Shown here: positions 21,963-35,645 of the stretch, piece after piece
Numbering within the stretch: the first letter of the stretch is position 1
How the letters are laid out: each line of letters opens with the position of its first letter
NCBI GenBank assembly: GCA_035084275.1
Contig: CM068742.1
Coordinates: 21,576,001-21,640,000 of the forward strand
DNA from: Hydrolagus colliei
Taxonomy: Eukaryota
Direction: 5' to 3'
Length of the DNA: 64,000 nucleotides
Program-made: the position numbers and the translations under genes
The notes under the pieces: generated by a model
Told to the model about the DNA's origin: nothing
What the model saw: the letters and a program-made list of their open reading frames with translations, nothing else
Database searches by the model: none

Positions 21963-24609
21963 TTCAAGGATCTTCTCAATTAGCTGCAGAAAGATTAACT
22001 CTGCTTATACGTGAATCTGGAAAAATCATCTGGAAAATTCGGAGAGCATTGGTCCAAAGATTATGATTGTCATTCAGGTCCAGTGTAAGCGATTAAATGC
22101 TTTCTTCTTAAAGCACTGCACATATCAATGCAACAATTAGTATAATTGCTTTTATATTCTGTCGCTGCTGGAGAAGAAGTACTGATGGGGTCAACTACTA
22201 TTCTGAGTCACAATTTCCATATGAGTTACATTTGGGGCTCGGTTCATGCCTGAATCCTTTTCTGCTCATTTCCCAGAGATTACATTCACATTCTTGACTC
22301 CTTCACTCATTTGTTTTTCATCAGGCTAATTGCAGAATCATTTCCTGTTTTTTTTCCCCCCCATCTTTCAAATGGTCTTCTATGTTCCCCATGCCCACCC
22401 CAATGACAATAAGCTTCTTCTTGACATACCCTCTTGTACTTAAGTAAGACCAGTGTTCCATTAGTATGGGGCCTCCATGTTTATTCCAGTTCTCAATTCT
22501 GAGCATCTGGATGCAATACAACACAAATATATGGCTTCTGCACATATGGGCAGCTAAATTATGTTTGCATATTCACATAATTTGTGTTAATAAGGGCTAA
22601 TATGTAGATTATGTAAAATTGTTCCAAAATTCCTCTTCAACATTCCTTCAGCTTGAGTTCAGAATTTTTTGTTTGTACAGTAAAATCATTTTCCTCCCGT
22701 TCGGGTGTATTTCCCTCAGGTACAATTTAAATTGTCATTGTCCTGAATGACAATTAAAACGTTCCACAACCAATTAGCAGTAAATTACCTTCAAGCTGTT
22801 ATCCAATACAGTTTCCCAATTAGGATCGAATGTAATTTGTTGCCATCCTAGAATCTCCCCCCACTCCCCCCCAAGAATTAATTACAATCTAAATTCTGAG
22901 GTGTTTGCTTTCAAATGCAAAACAGTTATTAATCTTGCTTTCACAATATTGTAGTACTGTAGCCTAAAGCAAAGGGAGGAGGATTACATTTCTTTAGTGA
23001 TTTGTTTATTTAACAACACATATTGAGCTTGATTGTGGTGTTTCAAGGCAATATTGCAAAACTGTAATTTTCTTCTAGTTCGAGGACTGACTCCTTTTTC
23101 CTCCAAAAGAGTGCCATATACACAGAGCACCATTGCTAACAGGGAGGAGGAGATGAAAGCACATCACTTGTGTCCCAGATAAATGTGTGGTTTTGTGTGA
23201 GATTTAAAGAGGAATTTCCCTCTATTGTGTGTTAAAGCCATTAAGATTAAGTCAATTGGCAAATCCACATCTTTAGAAAAACAGGATAAATTGTGATTTT
23301 CCCCAAGATTGCAGCCCTGGTGTGATGAAGGGAACAAACCAATCATGTCATGGCATTTTTGCAGCTCTGTAATGACCATAGAAATGAGAAGCCAGTGAGC
23401 TGATTCATACAGCCAGAGGGGTAATGAAAGGAAATTGCTGGATTGTAAGCACATGCCTTTAATGCTTTGCAGTTATTATTTATTTATTTTAATTTGATCT
23501 GCTTGCTCTTTTCAGAAACCTCTTCAAATTGGACTAAAGGTTGTCAAGTGTAAATTAACTAAGCTTTTTGGTATGATTGCCATTGCTGATGTAGTCTTTT
23601 TTTATAAAAAATATTGTATATCAAGCAATTAACCTGTTGTTTAAATGCCTTTGATTTTATTTTGTTGCATTAGAGATAGAATACCTAATATAAGGTATTG
23701 GTTAGGGATAGCAAATTTAATGTAAGGTCTTATATTTTTAACAAAGAAGACTGAAATAGCCTAAAGCAAATTTTCCCTTTAAAATCATTAGTTCGGGATA
23801 GCTCATTTACTCTGCTGATTCTGTCATGCACACTTTTAAACCATATAATATTACAGTGCATAATCCCTGAATAAAACAGGAACTGTAACTCATTACTAAT
23901 TAACTAAGCACAGTCCAAGAGGAAAGGTTTCAGGTGGGACTTACCTGAAACCTTTAGGAGATGCTGGGAATGAATGGATTGGAACACATGAAGATCTTGA
24001 AGTCGATCCATTTGGCGATGGGGAGCTAGTGGAGCCTAGCCAAGTAATCAAGTAATTATGCATTTCAAAGTGTTGCAAAGTGTCTCCGTTAAGATTTCAG
24101 GCATATGATTCAACCAAATCATATTTGTATAACCTTTTTACAAGGTTAATACAGTACCTAGATTTCTTTGGAATACATTGTGAGAAATGAGTGATTGTGA
24201 GCTTATCTTTATACAGTATATGTGTGTGTGTGTGTGTGTCTGTCTGTCTATATATAATAGTCTTCAATAAACACATAACAAATGCAGTCCAATCAATGTG
24301 ACCCACTTCGGTCAAATATTACAAACAACAACTTTTATTGAAACTGTTATAGTGTATTTTAGCAGATGTGAATAAAGAAAGTGACTGTGTTCCACCATTA
24401 TTCATTGAATGTGAAATACTCAACAGCATTAATTGTTTGTTTTCATTTTAAAAATACCACACAACAGTGTCAAAAACAACAACACCTAAATTGGGTTAGG
24501 TGGGGTAAAGCTAATTTATGAGAATAGATTTTGTGTGACATAAACAACTAGTTATATGCAAAATAAAACTTAAACTGCAGACAGTTAGTGTACAAATTTA
24601 CAGAAAAAT

Positions 24610-25205
24610 AAACACAACAACTTGCACTTAAGTAGCCCCTTCCACGCTGGATAACATCTCAGAGCGTTTGATAGCAATGGTGGCTTATTTGGAGCCGATG
24701 GGGGGCGTGGGGAGGGGGAGGAGTTGAAGGTGAGTTGGCCATAAGCACTGTCGAAGAGGATGGTTTTCAGGCAGGATGTGAAAAGAGTGAGAGAGTCAGC
24801 AAGGTGGAGGGTTTGAAGGAAAGTGTTCCAGAGTTTGGGGGCGTAGTGGCTGAAAGCACGATCTCCGAGAGTGGGTCGGAGGGTGTCAGGGACGAGAAGG
24901 AGGCCGGTGCCAGTCAACCAGAGATGCCGGATGGTGGATTGAGGAGGTCAGAGATAGGGAGATACCAGGGAGTGAGTGGATTTGAACACGAGCGTAAGGA
25001 TCTTGGAGTCGATCCATATGGTGATGGGGAACCAGTTGAGCCTTGACCAGAACTGGTGAGATGGGGGGGTGCGGAGTTTGGTCCAGATATGCAGGCCACA
25101 GAATTCTGAGTCAGCTGAATCTTTTGAATGGTGGCTAGGGAGATGGGCGAGGAGTAAGTTGTAGTAATCTGAGCGGGAGGTGACAAAACATGCATGAAGC
25201 TCCAT
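24610..25205 (-). mobile_element. L2 LINE 3' fragment
   Basis: Minus-strand LGDRAFSHYAPKLWNT and WFPITIWIDSKILTL motifs; (GTT) tail at the left end. Confidence 0.85.
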
Positions 25206-25904
25206 TGGGTATAAGGTACGATCAGACGCTTGTGAATTGCTTTATTCACCTCACTTCCTTGAAGTCAAATTGTTGGTTGGCCTAAATAAACAAGACATAT
25301 TGTCCAACTCCAGGGCAACACTGAGGGGTGCTACATTTATTAAAGGTGCCGTCCATAGGATGTGAATTAAACCCTCTGCGTATCCAGGTACATGTTAAAC
25401 ACTCCATGGCACTATTCGAAAAAAAAGTTTCCCTGGTATCACTCCCCAGGACTTTCCTCTGTGTGAAGGGCAAACTGTTGTTGTTGTACTTCTTGTTTTT
25501 GTATCTAGACTAACATTCCTCACTCTCTTCATGGCTGTTGTGGGACATTGCTGTGGTCCAATCGTTTGCCTAGTAAAATACAGTGACTGCACTTTATAGT
25601 ATATTCTTGGAGTGTTTTGAGACATCCCCCTGTCAAGAAAGGCACTGTAAGAAATGCAAGCATTTTTATTTATTATATCGAAATACAGACTCTCTACCTG
25701 GATGGAGGCACTCTGCTTACCTAATTATGAAAGGTTCCATGTATACTATCAAATACAAGAATCATTATTACCACCTGCAAATGGAAATCACTGTGTTTGT
25801 AATGGCTTGTGCTCTCTCTCTCTCCAGAGGGATGTATCAACCAGTTCTGTAGAATACTAGGCATAGATTGATCACAAGATCCACATGTATTATTTTAAGT
25901 TCAA

Positions 25905-26768
25905 ATCTGATATATATCGGTTATACCCGATATAATTTTCATATCGATACGCCGATAGAGACATTTCAAAAAAATCGATATATCGGAAAAAGTCGATATA
26001 TCGAAAAAAATCGGAATGCGCGCGCACTGAACTACAAGACCCGGAATGCTCATCTCTATACACAATGCACAGACTGAGGTGCAAGCCGCCATATTCTATT
26101 CACAGTCCTCGAATACAATATACAGGTATGCAAGGGGTGAGGGGAGAGAGACGGCTGGGGGGGTGGGGGGGAGAGAGAGATGCCGGTGGGGGAGGTGGGA
26201 GAGACGGCGGGGGGATAGGAGAGAGAGACTGCGGGAAGGGGGGGGAAGAGAGACGGCGGCGGGAGGGGGGGAGAGAGAGAGACGGAGGGAGGGGGGGAGA
26301 GAGAGAGACGGCGGGGGAGGGGGGGAGAGAGAAACGGCGGGGAGGGGGAGGAGAAAGAAACGGCGGGGGGTGGGGGGAGAGAGACGGCGGGGGGTGGGGG
26401 AGAGAGACAGCGGGTGGGGAGAGAGATGGAGAAGAGGGGGGAGAGACGGGGAGGAGGAGGGAGAGACAGGGGTGAGAGATGGGGGGGATGTGATAATAGA
26501 CAGACAGACAGACAGACAGACAGAGATGGGGGGGTGTGTGAGAGAGGAGAGAGACACAGACAGAAAAACACAGAGATGGAGAGAGTGAGTGTGAGAGACA
26601 CACAGAGAGAGAGAGAGATGTTTACCTCCTGAGGAGATAAGCCCCGAATGCGCGCGCACCTCGCGACGCGTGCGCATGCACAATACAAAAATATCGATAT
26701 ATCAGTATATCTCGATATGAGCCCGTCAATATATTTAAATCGGAAAATTTGCATATCGACGGACCCTA
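25905..26768. mobile_element. hAT MITE, copy 2 (left TIR lost or rearranged)
   Basis: Same internal sequence and minisatellite as 598-1463; right TIR ATATCGACGGACCCTA ends at 26768; no matching left TIR or TSD found. Confidence 0.85.
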
Positions 26769-26907
26769 ATATTTAGGTATATTTGCCTTCTATCTTTAAT
26801 AACATTTTGTTTAATTCTCTATCTATCTCTATATATACATTATATAACAATCCTTGCATTTGAAATAGTGCTTTATCACATCTTTGAGACATCTCAAAGC
26901 ACTTCAC

Positions 26908-27439
26908 CGAATATCCCCTCCACCACAATCCACAAAATCCAGCTTATCCAAAACTTTGCCGCCCGCATACTCACCCGCTCTAAGCTTCGCTCCCCCATCA
27001 CCCCAGTCCTTTCCAGACTTCACTGGCTCCCTATCCCAGAGAGGATCGACTTCAAGATCCTCACCCTTGTTTTCAAATCTCTCTACTCCTCTGCACACCC
27101 CTATCTCTCTGATCTCCTCTGCCCCCAACCCAGCACCCGCTGCCTTCGCTCCTCTGGGTCTGGCGTCCTCCATGATCCCCGAGTCCTCCGCTCCACCCTC
27201 GGCGGCCTTGCCTTTAGCCACTACGCCCCGAGGCTCTGGAACTCCCTTCCTCACTCGCTTCGCCTCGCCCCCTCTCTTCCCAGTTTCAGGTCACAGTTGA
27301 AGACCTTTCTCTTCGACCGAGCTTTTGGTCACCTTCCTGCCCCTGCCCCTGGCTCGGTCCCGGGATCCGCTACTGTGAAGCGCTCTGAGACGCCGTCCGG
27401 CGTGTGGGCACTATATAAATCGAAGTTGTTGTTGTTGTT
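26908..27439 (+). mobile_element. L2 LINE 3' fragment
   Basis: ORF 26868-27455: IQNFAARILTRSKLRSPITPVL.RLHWLPI.ERIDFKIL...LWNSLP...FRSQLKTFLF; (GTT)n tail; joined to a SINE tail at about 26905. Confidence 0.9.
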
Positions 27440-28309
27440 ATATCCTGTAAAGTGAGAATTTACTTTTATTTTGTGAGTGAAACACGGCAGCGTCCCACAA
27501 AGAGTCGCGGATTGAGTGACCAAATAATTTTAGTTATTTTGAAGCAATTATTACCCTCGAAAAAGCGATTCACCAATCAACTAAAAACTGGGGTCCTACT
27601 TACTGTTAGGTAAATAGAGACATGTGGAGTAAGAAAACATGCCCAAAGTTTTGCCCTCCTAGGAATTGAACCCAGGTCCTCTAGCTGACGAAGCAAGAGC
27701 TCTAACCACTAAGCTACATGACTCCAAAACATTGTCATATTACCTTCTGAAAATATAAATACTGTATACAATATCAATTATATTCTTTTCTTCTATAACT
27801 TTAACCTCCTTAAAATCGTTCAATGAAATCAATTGCCCTTTTATTGTCATCAGTTAAACTGCACAACATCTATCTAACCACTAGATGGTGCAATTGGTTC
27901 TCCATTGCATTTCACCGAAACCAAATTTCACAGGCAATAGAAATAGGTGTTACATGTCACTGTAAAAGACCATATATTTTACAATATTCCTCAGTTGCTA
28001 ACTTTTTCAAAGTTAAGCAACTGCAAGAAAAGTATGGGTTTGTGAAAACAGGCCAGTTTTGTGAAATGCTACATTGTTGAAGGTGCTGTCTTTCAGATAA
28101 GGCATTAAACAAAATAATCATGGATGTAACAGATCCTGTGACAATACTGAAAAGAGTCCCTGTGGGTGAATTGGTTAATTAGCCATATGGCTGCCAGAGG
28201 TCATTTCTGGCAGTAATAGCTGGTGTGTTTACCTACAAAAATCGTCACTACACCTAACAGTAATTACGTGTGAGACATTTCGACATGATAAGGTGCTCCA
28301 ATGTTCAAT

Positions 28310-28990
28310 TTATTTCTTTACTATTGGTTCCCCCTTTAGTGACGTACCAGAAATATTGTAACTATTGTTCCCTCTTGGTGACATCATCCATGGACACAGT
28401 GGTAACTTCCACACGTATGCAAATGACACCCAAATCTAATCTTCCACTTCAAACCTTGACTCCAAGCCTATGATGTTCCGCCCTCTTTCCTGTAAGACAA
28501 CAAGGCTCGAATTAGCCAAAACTTCCTCTAATTTAACCTGGATAAAATGGATATAATCCTGCTCAGCTCCCTCCAAAGTCTTCCTTGCTCTAGTTCTGAT
28601 CTCCTTAACCTGCCTGTCCTCTTTCAAACTCTCCAAACCAATGTGCTACTTTGGGTCCAGCTTTCTTTTTTCCCTCATATGTGTTCCCTCACCAAGAAGG
28701 CTTTCCTTCAACTCTGCCGCATCACCTGCCTCCGCCACTGACTCACACTGACTCTCTCCAAAACACACATTTTCACCTTTGTCACATCCCTTTTAAGACA
28801 TTTTCAATGCACTCTTCACTGGTTTCTTTACTCCGCCATTCACAAACTGTAGATCATTCAGTTCTTACACCCCTAACCTCTAGAACTCCACTTTGTCTTG
28901 CCTCTTCTCTTTCGGTCAAGTCTTACCTAAAGTCCTCCCACTTTGAAAGCATCAGTAGACATCTCCCTCTCCCCTTGTCCCCCTTGCTGT
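28310..28990 (+). mobile_element. Old L2 fragment including decayed RT motif
   Basis: About 28390-28440 reads HGHSGNFHTYANDTQI (FHxYADDTQ motif); CT-rich L2-like sequence follows. Confidence 0.6.
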
Positions 28991-29013
28991 ACATCCAACC
29001 CTACTCAAGAAAC

Positions 29014-29338
29014 AATAATAATATAATCCTTGCATTTGATATAGTGCTTTTCACATCTTATCGACGTCTCAAAGCGCGTCAGATTATACTGTAAAATTGA
29101 TTGTATATTTGTGGGCGAAATACAGCAGCCAATTGCGCACAGCAGTGTCCCACAAACAGTCGTGCATTGAAATGACCAATTTTTTAAATTGCGTTTTTAA
29201 AACTTATTATTATTAAATACATTGTTTCACCCACAAATATACAGTCAATTCACTTTACAGTTTACTGTGAAGTGCTTTGAGATGTCGATAAGATGTGAAA
29301 AGCGCTATATCAAAATGCAAGGATTATTATTATTATTA
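29014..29338. mobile_element. Two SINE 3' halves in inverted orientation
   Basis: Minus copy at 29014-29180 and plus copy at 29226-29338, with both (ATT)n tails pointing outward. Confidence 0.85.
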
Positions 29339-29933
29339 ATTCTATGTACTGCATCTGGATTTATTTTGTGAAGTTTGGAAGTAAGAGTGGAGTCATTGTG
29401 CCCATTTCTTCCAAACTCAGGACTTGGGATATAATAAAATAGGAGGAAGGTTAAGGCTGATTTTTGTTCTTTTAATTATAAATTGTAATATGCATTGCAT
29501 TAGTCACATCTGTGAAACATTGTTTTTGATGCTATAGGTTTCAGGGTTTGGAACTCCACAGCAATTTCACCTTTTAATACTAAAAATAGTAAAACGATCT
29601 ACAAAGAAACGGAAACCGTTTCATTGAGCCAATACTCTACATGAGTCAATACTCTACTTCTGAGATACATTCATTTTGAAACATCGCTCTTTATCATTTC
29701 AACTGAGTTAGGTAGTGTTGGAACATTACCTTTACAGAATAATTTCAGGCCTGCACTACTTCTAAAGTCAAGGCTTTGGAAGTCAGCTAGACCAAGGATG
29801 CAATCAATTTTCTGTATGAATATATGAAAACTCACCCACTGACACTAACTACTATTGCCTTAGAGATTGTGCTCTTGAGAGTACTCTAAGACATTGTAGG
29901 ATTCTTTAATCAACCATATCTTATAATCAGTAC

Positions 29934-30801
29934 TAGGGTCCGGCGATATATCGATATATCGCTAAAACCCGATATCATTTTCATATCAATACGCCGATAT
30001 AGACATTTAAAAAATATCTATATATATCGAAAAATCAATATACGAGGTAAAAAATCGGAATGCGAGCACACTGAACTACAAGACCCAGAATGCTCATCTC
30101 TATACACAATGCACAGACCGAGGTGCAAAGCCGCCATATTGTATTCACAGTCCTCGAATACAATATACAGGTATGCAAGGGCTGGGGTGTGAGAGAGATG
30201 GCTGGGGGGGGAGGAGAGGGGGAGAGAGACGGCTGGGGGGAGGGGGAGAGAGACAGCTGGGGGGAGGGGGAGAGAGACGGCTGGGGGGGGAGAGACGGCT
30301 GGGGGGGGTGGAGACAGACGGCTGGGGGGGGAGGAGAGGGGGAGAGAGACGGCTGGGGGGGTGAGAGAGATGGCTGGGTGGGGAGGGAGAAAGAGACGGC
30401 TGGGGGGGTGGTGGGGGAGAGAGACGACGGGGGTGGGGGGTGCGAGAGAGGGACGGTGGGGGGAGGGGGGGAGAGACGGGGTGGATGTGATAATATACAG
30501 ATAGATAGAGATGGGGGGGATGTGAGAGAGGAGAGAGGGAGATAGACACAGAGACACACAGACAGAAAAACAGAGATGGAGAGAGTGAGAGACACAGAGA
30601 GAGAAAGATATTTACCTCCTGTGAAGATAGGCTCCGAATGCGCGCGCACCCGGAACGCGCGCGCACTCCGAATGTGCGCGCACTCCGAATGCGCGCGCAC
30701 ATGCGCAGTACGAAAAACCCGAAAATATAGATATTTCGGTATATCTCGATATGAGCCCATCAATATATTTAATCGGAAAATTTCCATATCGACGGACCCT
30801 A
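29934..30801. mobile_element. hAT MITE, copy 3
   Basis: TIRs TAGGGTCCGGCGATAT ... ATATCGACGGACCCTA; exact 8-bp TSD ATCAGTAC at 29926-29933 and 30802-30809. Confidence 0.93.
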
Positions 30802-30814
30802 ATCAGTACCCTTC

Positions 30815-31520
30815 AGTACTACCAATTGAATAACATTTTTTACAATTAAACATTGAAGGTGGCAGGACAGGTTGACCAAAGCCGTTAAGAAGGCATATGG
30901 GATACTTGGCTTTATAAATAGGGGTATAGAGTGCTGTCTAACCTCTATAAAACTTTGGTTAGGCCTCAGCTGGAGTACTATGTCCAAATTTGGTCACCAC
31001 ACTGTAGAAAGGATGTTAACGTATTAGAAAAGGTGCAAAGAAGATTTACTAGAATGGTACCAGGATTGAGGGACTTCAGTTATGAGGAAAGGCTAGATAG
31101 GCTAGGTTTATTCTCTTTAGAACAGAGAAGGTTGAGAGGAGACCTAATAGAGATTTATAATCTCATGAGGGGATTCGACAGGGTGAATAAGGAAAACTGT
31201 TTCCACTGGTAGGCAAATTTATGCCTCGTGGTCACAGATTTAAAATAGTTTCAAAACGAAGCAGAGGGGAGCTGAGGAGAATTTTTTTCACTCAATGGGT
31301 TGTTTAAATCTGAAATCTATTGTCTGAAAAGGTGGTGGAGGCTGATTCGATAACAGCTTTTAAAAGAGAATTAGATGTTTATTTAGGGAGAACAGGTCTG
31401 TTAAGTTATGGGGAGAGAGCTGAGCAGTGGAATTGAGTTGCTCTTTTCAAAGAGCCGGCACAGACTAGATGGGCTGAACTACCTCCTTTTGTGCCGTAAA
31501 ATTCTATGATTCTATGATTT
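30815..31520 (+). mobile_element. CR1 LINE 3' fragment
   Basis: [18 protein letters not shown]...[12 protein letters not shown]...[11 protein letters not shown]; tail attctatgattctatgatt. Confidence 0.9.
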
Positions 31521-31734
31521 GTGCTATTTGTTGAATCGTTAATAAATTATAGTTGCCCACCATGCTGATATTGCACTCATGACCTAGGCTGGAACTGCAG
31601 GGCAGTGCTGGTACTATTATATTGTTGAATGTGCCATCCTTTGGGTGATGTTAAACTGAGGTCTTTTCCATCTAGTCAGGTGTTCTTCAAAGATCCCATG
31701 GTACTATGTGAGACGAGAAGGGAGTTTCTCCCAC

Positions 31735-32910
31735 TGTCATAGAATTATACAGCACAGAAGGAAGCCATTCAGCCCATTGTGTCTGTTCTGGCTCTTTGAA
31801 AAAAGCTGTCCAAATCAATCCCACTCCCCTGCTCTTTCGTCATAGCTCTGCAAACTTGTCCTCTCCAAATAATTATGCACTTCTCACTTAATATATATTA
31901 TTAAACTGGCTTCCACCACTCAGGTAATGCATTCCAGATCTGAACAACTCGCTGCATGAAAAATTCTCTTCATCTCCCTTCTCTTTCTTTTAACTATTTT
32001 AAATCAGTGCCCCCAGGTTACCAACCCACTTGCCAGTGGAAATAGTTTCTCCTTGTTCACCCTATCGAATCCCCTCATAATTTTAAAAACTTCTATTAAG
32101 TCTCCTCTTAACTTTCTCTGTTCCAAGGAGAATATTCCTAGCTTCTCTAGCCTCTCCTGATAACTAAAATTCCTCATTCCTGGTACCATCCTGGTCAATC
32201 TCTTTTGCACCCTCTCCAATGCCTTTATATTCTTCTTAAGGTGTGGTGCCCAGAACTGAACACAATATTCTAGCTGATGCCTATCCAGTGTTTTATACGC
32301 TTCATCATACTTCCTGAATTTTTAATTCGATGCCCCTATTTATAAAGCCTAGAATCCTGTATGCAATTTTACCAGCTTTATCTACCTGTCCTGCACCTTC
32401 AAAAATTTACTTAGATTCTCCCCGAGGTATGTGTTCTTTCACCCCCTTTAAGATTCTACCATCTAGTGTATATTGAGTCTCCTCATTCTTCCTCACAAAA
32501 TGCATCACTTCGCATTTATCCACATTAAACTTCATCTGCCACATGTCTGTCCATTTTACCAGTGTATGTCCTTTTGAAGTCTGGTACTATCCTCCTCACA
32601 GTTTACTACTTTTCTTAGCTTTGTATCATCTGCAAATTTGGAAATTGTACTCCCTATATCCAAATCCAGGTCATTTATGTAGATCCAAAACAGCAGTGGT
32701 CCCAATACTGACTCCCTGGGGGACGCCACGCCACACTTCCATCCAGTCAGAAAAACAAATGTTCACCACCACACTCTGGTTTCTGTCTTCCAGCCAGTTC
32801 TGTATCTATGCTGCCACTGTCCCTTTAATACCATGGCCTTTTATTTTGCTTATAAGTCTCTTATGTGACACTTTATCAATGCCTTTGGAAAATCAATGTA
32901 AATTACATCA
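31735..32910 (-). mobile_element. CR1 LINE 3' fragment
   Basis: ERVQKRLTRMVPGMRNFSY.ERLEKLG.FSLEQRKLRGDLIEVFKIM; further upstream YIDFPKA and GVPQGSV(gactccctggggg) RT motifs. Confidence 0.88.
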
Positions 32911-33009
32911 ATAATGAAAATAATAATAATCCTTGCATTTGATATAGTGCTTCTCGTGTCTGCTAGACGTCTCAAAGCACCACAGAATAACAACAATAAC
33001 AACAACTTC

Positions 33010-34103
33010 GATCCAATGAAGATGGATCGAAGACCAAGGCCCTTACAATATGGGAGGAGCTTAAGCGGCAGGATGCTAGGCATCCACATGACGCTACGCA
33101 GAAAAAGCCAGTGGAAACTTTTGCTGCTAGCAACGGGAGACTTGATCGTTTTCGAAAGCGATACAAGCTACATTCTATCAAGAAGTGTGGGGAAGCTGCT
33201 AGTGCGGATGTTGCTGCTGCCGAACATTATCCAGATAAACTTAGAAAAATCATTAAGGAGGGTGGTTATACACTGCAACAAATTATCAACTTCGATGAAA
33301 CAGGGCTTAATTGGAAGAAGTTACCTGAGAAGACCTACATCTAAATCGGCCCCTAGAAAGCTTGCAACTGAAGAAATTCAGGATTTAACGAAGGAACAGA
33401 CAGCTGAGACTGATGATTTGCAATGAGGAGCCTAAGATTTTTAGTTTGAACGTTTTGAAAGCTTTTCTTTCGAAAGTAGACGAAGCAATTAATATTTGCA
33501 AAGACAACGATCCTGAAATGGATCGTAGCATTAAGGTTGCCCGTGGCATCAAGCAAACTATTCGTTGCTAACAAGAATTGTTTTTAGAAAAACTGTCGAC
33601 AGTCTTCTATCGATAGTTTCTTTAAGCCGACATCGTCCAAAGAACCAGTACCAAGTACGTCCGCTGACGATACAGAACCTATTGCTTTCTCACCAGATTC
33701 TCCCAATTCTCCAACCTCCTCCTCCTCCCCCTCCTCCTCCAGCAATAATTAAAACAAAGACTTCCTCCCTTCTCCTCACCTCATCTTATTACGGGAAGTA
33801 AGGGAACTTTTGTTTAGTGTTAAAAATGTACTAAATAAAATACTGTTCAGGTAAACAAAACAAACATTTTCATCTTGTATTCTTTCGTCTTGTAATTAAA
33901 GTACTGCAGCCTTCAATAGCAGTTCTACCTACCTTATGCCTTCACTGGTACACCGCAAATGTTAGCGCTAGGTACTGTTGGGAACAAAACAGATTTTTTT
34001 CACATATGGAAACACAGTAGGAACCTTCCACCAGTTTAACGAAATTCTCACTTTACAAGGAGTTTCAAAGTCCCTAACCCCTTCGTTAAGCGGGGTCTAC
34101 CTG
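33010..34103 (+). mobile_element. Tigger/pogo transposon remnant (transposase fragment and right end)
   Basis: FAASNGRLDRFRKRYKLH....GEAASAD...YPDKL..II.EGGY...QIINFDETGLNWKKLPEKTYI (CENPB-HTH / DDE_1 start); right TIR gttaagcggggtctacctg followed by TA at 34104-34105. Confidence 0.9.
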
Positions 34104-34567
34104 TACTTCCTCTCGGTTTATTCTTATCTTATCCAATTTCTCTACCCTCCACTCCACTCTGTGGGATTGGCTGCAACATTTATTTCGTGAAGACAGATGT
34201 GTCCTGGCGAACAATCCCCCAAATAAAATTGGTCATTCACTTTATGGCTATTTCTGGGACATTGTTGTGCAAAGATTGGCTGTTATGTTTGCCACCAAAT
34301 ATAATGTCACTGCACTTCAAAGTAACATCCAGTGAAATGCGTTCAGACTCATGAAGATATGATAAGATGCTATAACAAATGCAAGGTTTTTCTTTGCTGA
34401 ATGCAGTCAAGGTTCAAGTAAAAAAAAAAGAGACAAAGAAATAGAGGATGTCATGGAAAGTCAGACAGACAGAGTAAGCCACACAAAGCGAGACATAGGT
34501 GAAAGAGATTCAGGGTGAATAATACCTCATAGTGAAAGAGAAAGATATAGAGAAAGTGACAGAGACA

Positions 34568-34827
34568 NNNNNNNNNNNNNNNNNNNNNNNNNNNNNNNNN
34601 NNNNNNNNNNNNNNNNNNNNNNNNNNNNNNNNNNNNNNNNNNNNNNNNNNNNNNNNNNNNNNNNNNNNNNNNNNNNNNNNNNNNNNNNNNNNNNNNNNNN
34701 NNNNNNNNNNNNNNNNNNNNNNNNNNNNNNNNNNNNNNNNNNNNNNNNNNNNNNNNNNNNNNNNNNNNNNNNNNNNNNNNNNNNNNNNNNNNNNNNNNNN
34801 NNNNNNNNNNNNNNNNNNNNNNNNNNN
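34568..34827. other. Assembly gap
   Basis: Run of N. Confidence 1.
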
Positions 34828-35364
34828 AAGGCAAGTATTGTCTCACAGACTTTGTGTTCTCTTATATATAATAGTATATATTTGTGGAGTGGAAATATAT
34901 AATAATAATCTTTGCATTTGTTATTGCGCCTTACAATATCACCAAAATGTCTCACAGTTCTTTACAGGATTTACTGTTAGTCACTGTGTATTTGTAGGTG
35001 ACACAATTCATTTGCCTATTCCATTTAAAATTTCAAGCATAATGAAAGTAATTCTCCTCTCTTTTTTTCCTTCGGCACCAGATCCTTATTCCATCCGCTA
35101 CCCTCCCACTGCTGAACGTGCAGATGCAGCTTTATTCTTGTATTCTAACTCTTTTAGGTTTGTTAAACACCATGTTAACACCATGGGTCATCCTCCCGAG
35201 GTGAAAGGAGCTCTACCAATGTAATTTTGTTGTTGCTGTTATTGAAACTGTGAAGCTATAGTAAGCGTAGGGTTAAAGCATTAACCACTTTGGGTCAAGT
35301 CATGCTTAAAGAAGATGTTTCCCCTTAAGCACAACTGCCCAAAAGGCAGATCTGGTCTTAATAA

Positions 35365-35645
35365 TAACCTTTGCATTTGACATAGCTCCTTGTCACTAGG
35401 GTTAAGACGCCTCAAAGCACTTCACAGGATATACTGTGAAGTGGATTGATTATGTATTTTTGTGGACGAACGTGATAGCGGCGACACACAAACAGCTAAG
35501 GAGTGCTTGACCGATTTTATTTGGGTGGATATATTGGCCAGGACATCAGGGAAAACTCCCTTCTCTTTTCAAGTAGCGCTATGGGAATTTTGACACCCAC
35601 CTGAACAGGCAGGTGGGACCTCGGTTTAACATCTCATTCGAAGCC
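35365..35645 (-). mobile_element. Older Deu-domain SINE (SacSINE1/AmnSINE1-like)
   Basis: cacccacctgaacaggcaggtgggacctcggtttaacatctcattcgaa and ggccaggacatcagggaaaactcccttctcttttc, typical of this older family; same L2-type tail. Confidence 0.6.

Noticed and set aside
22730-22755. 10-bp hairpin AATTGTCATT-gtcctg-AATGACAATT
   Set aside because: Short and AT-rich; expected by chance in 64 kb.
22400-23400. Possible very old L1/Tx1 ORF2 remnant on the minus strand (e.g. SKINNCFAFESKHLRI, EEEFWNN)
   Set aside because: Similarity is too weak and stop-ridden to call without a profile search.
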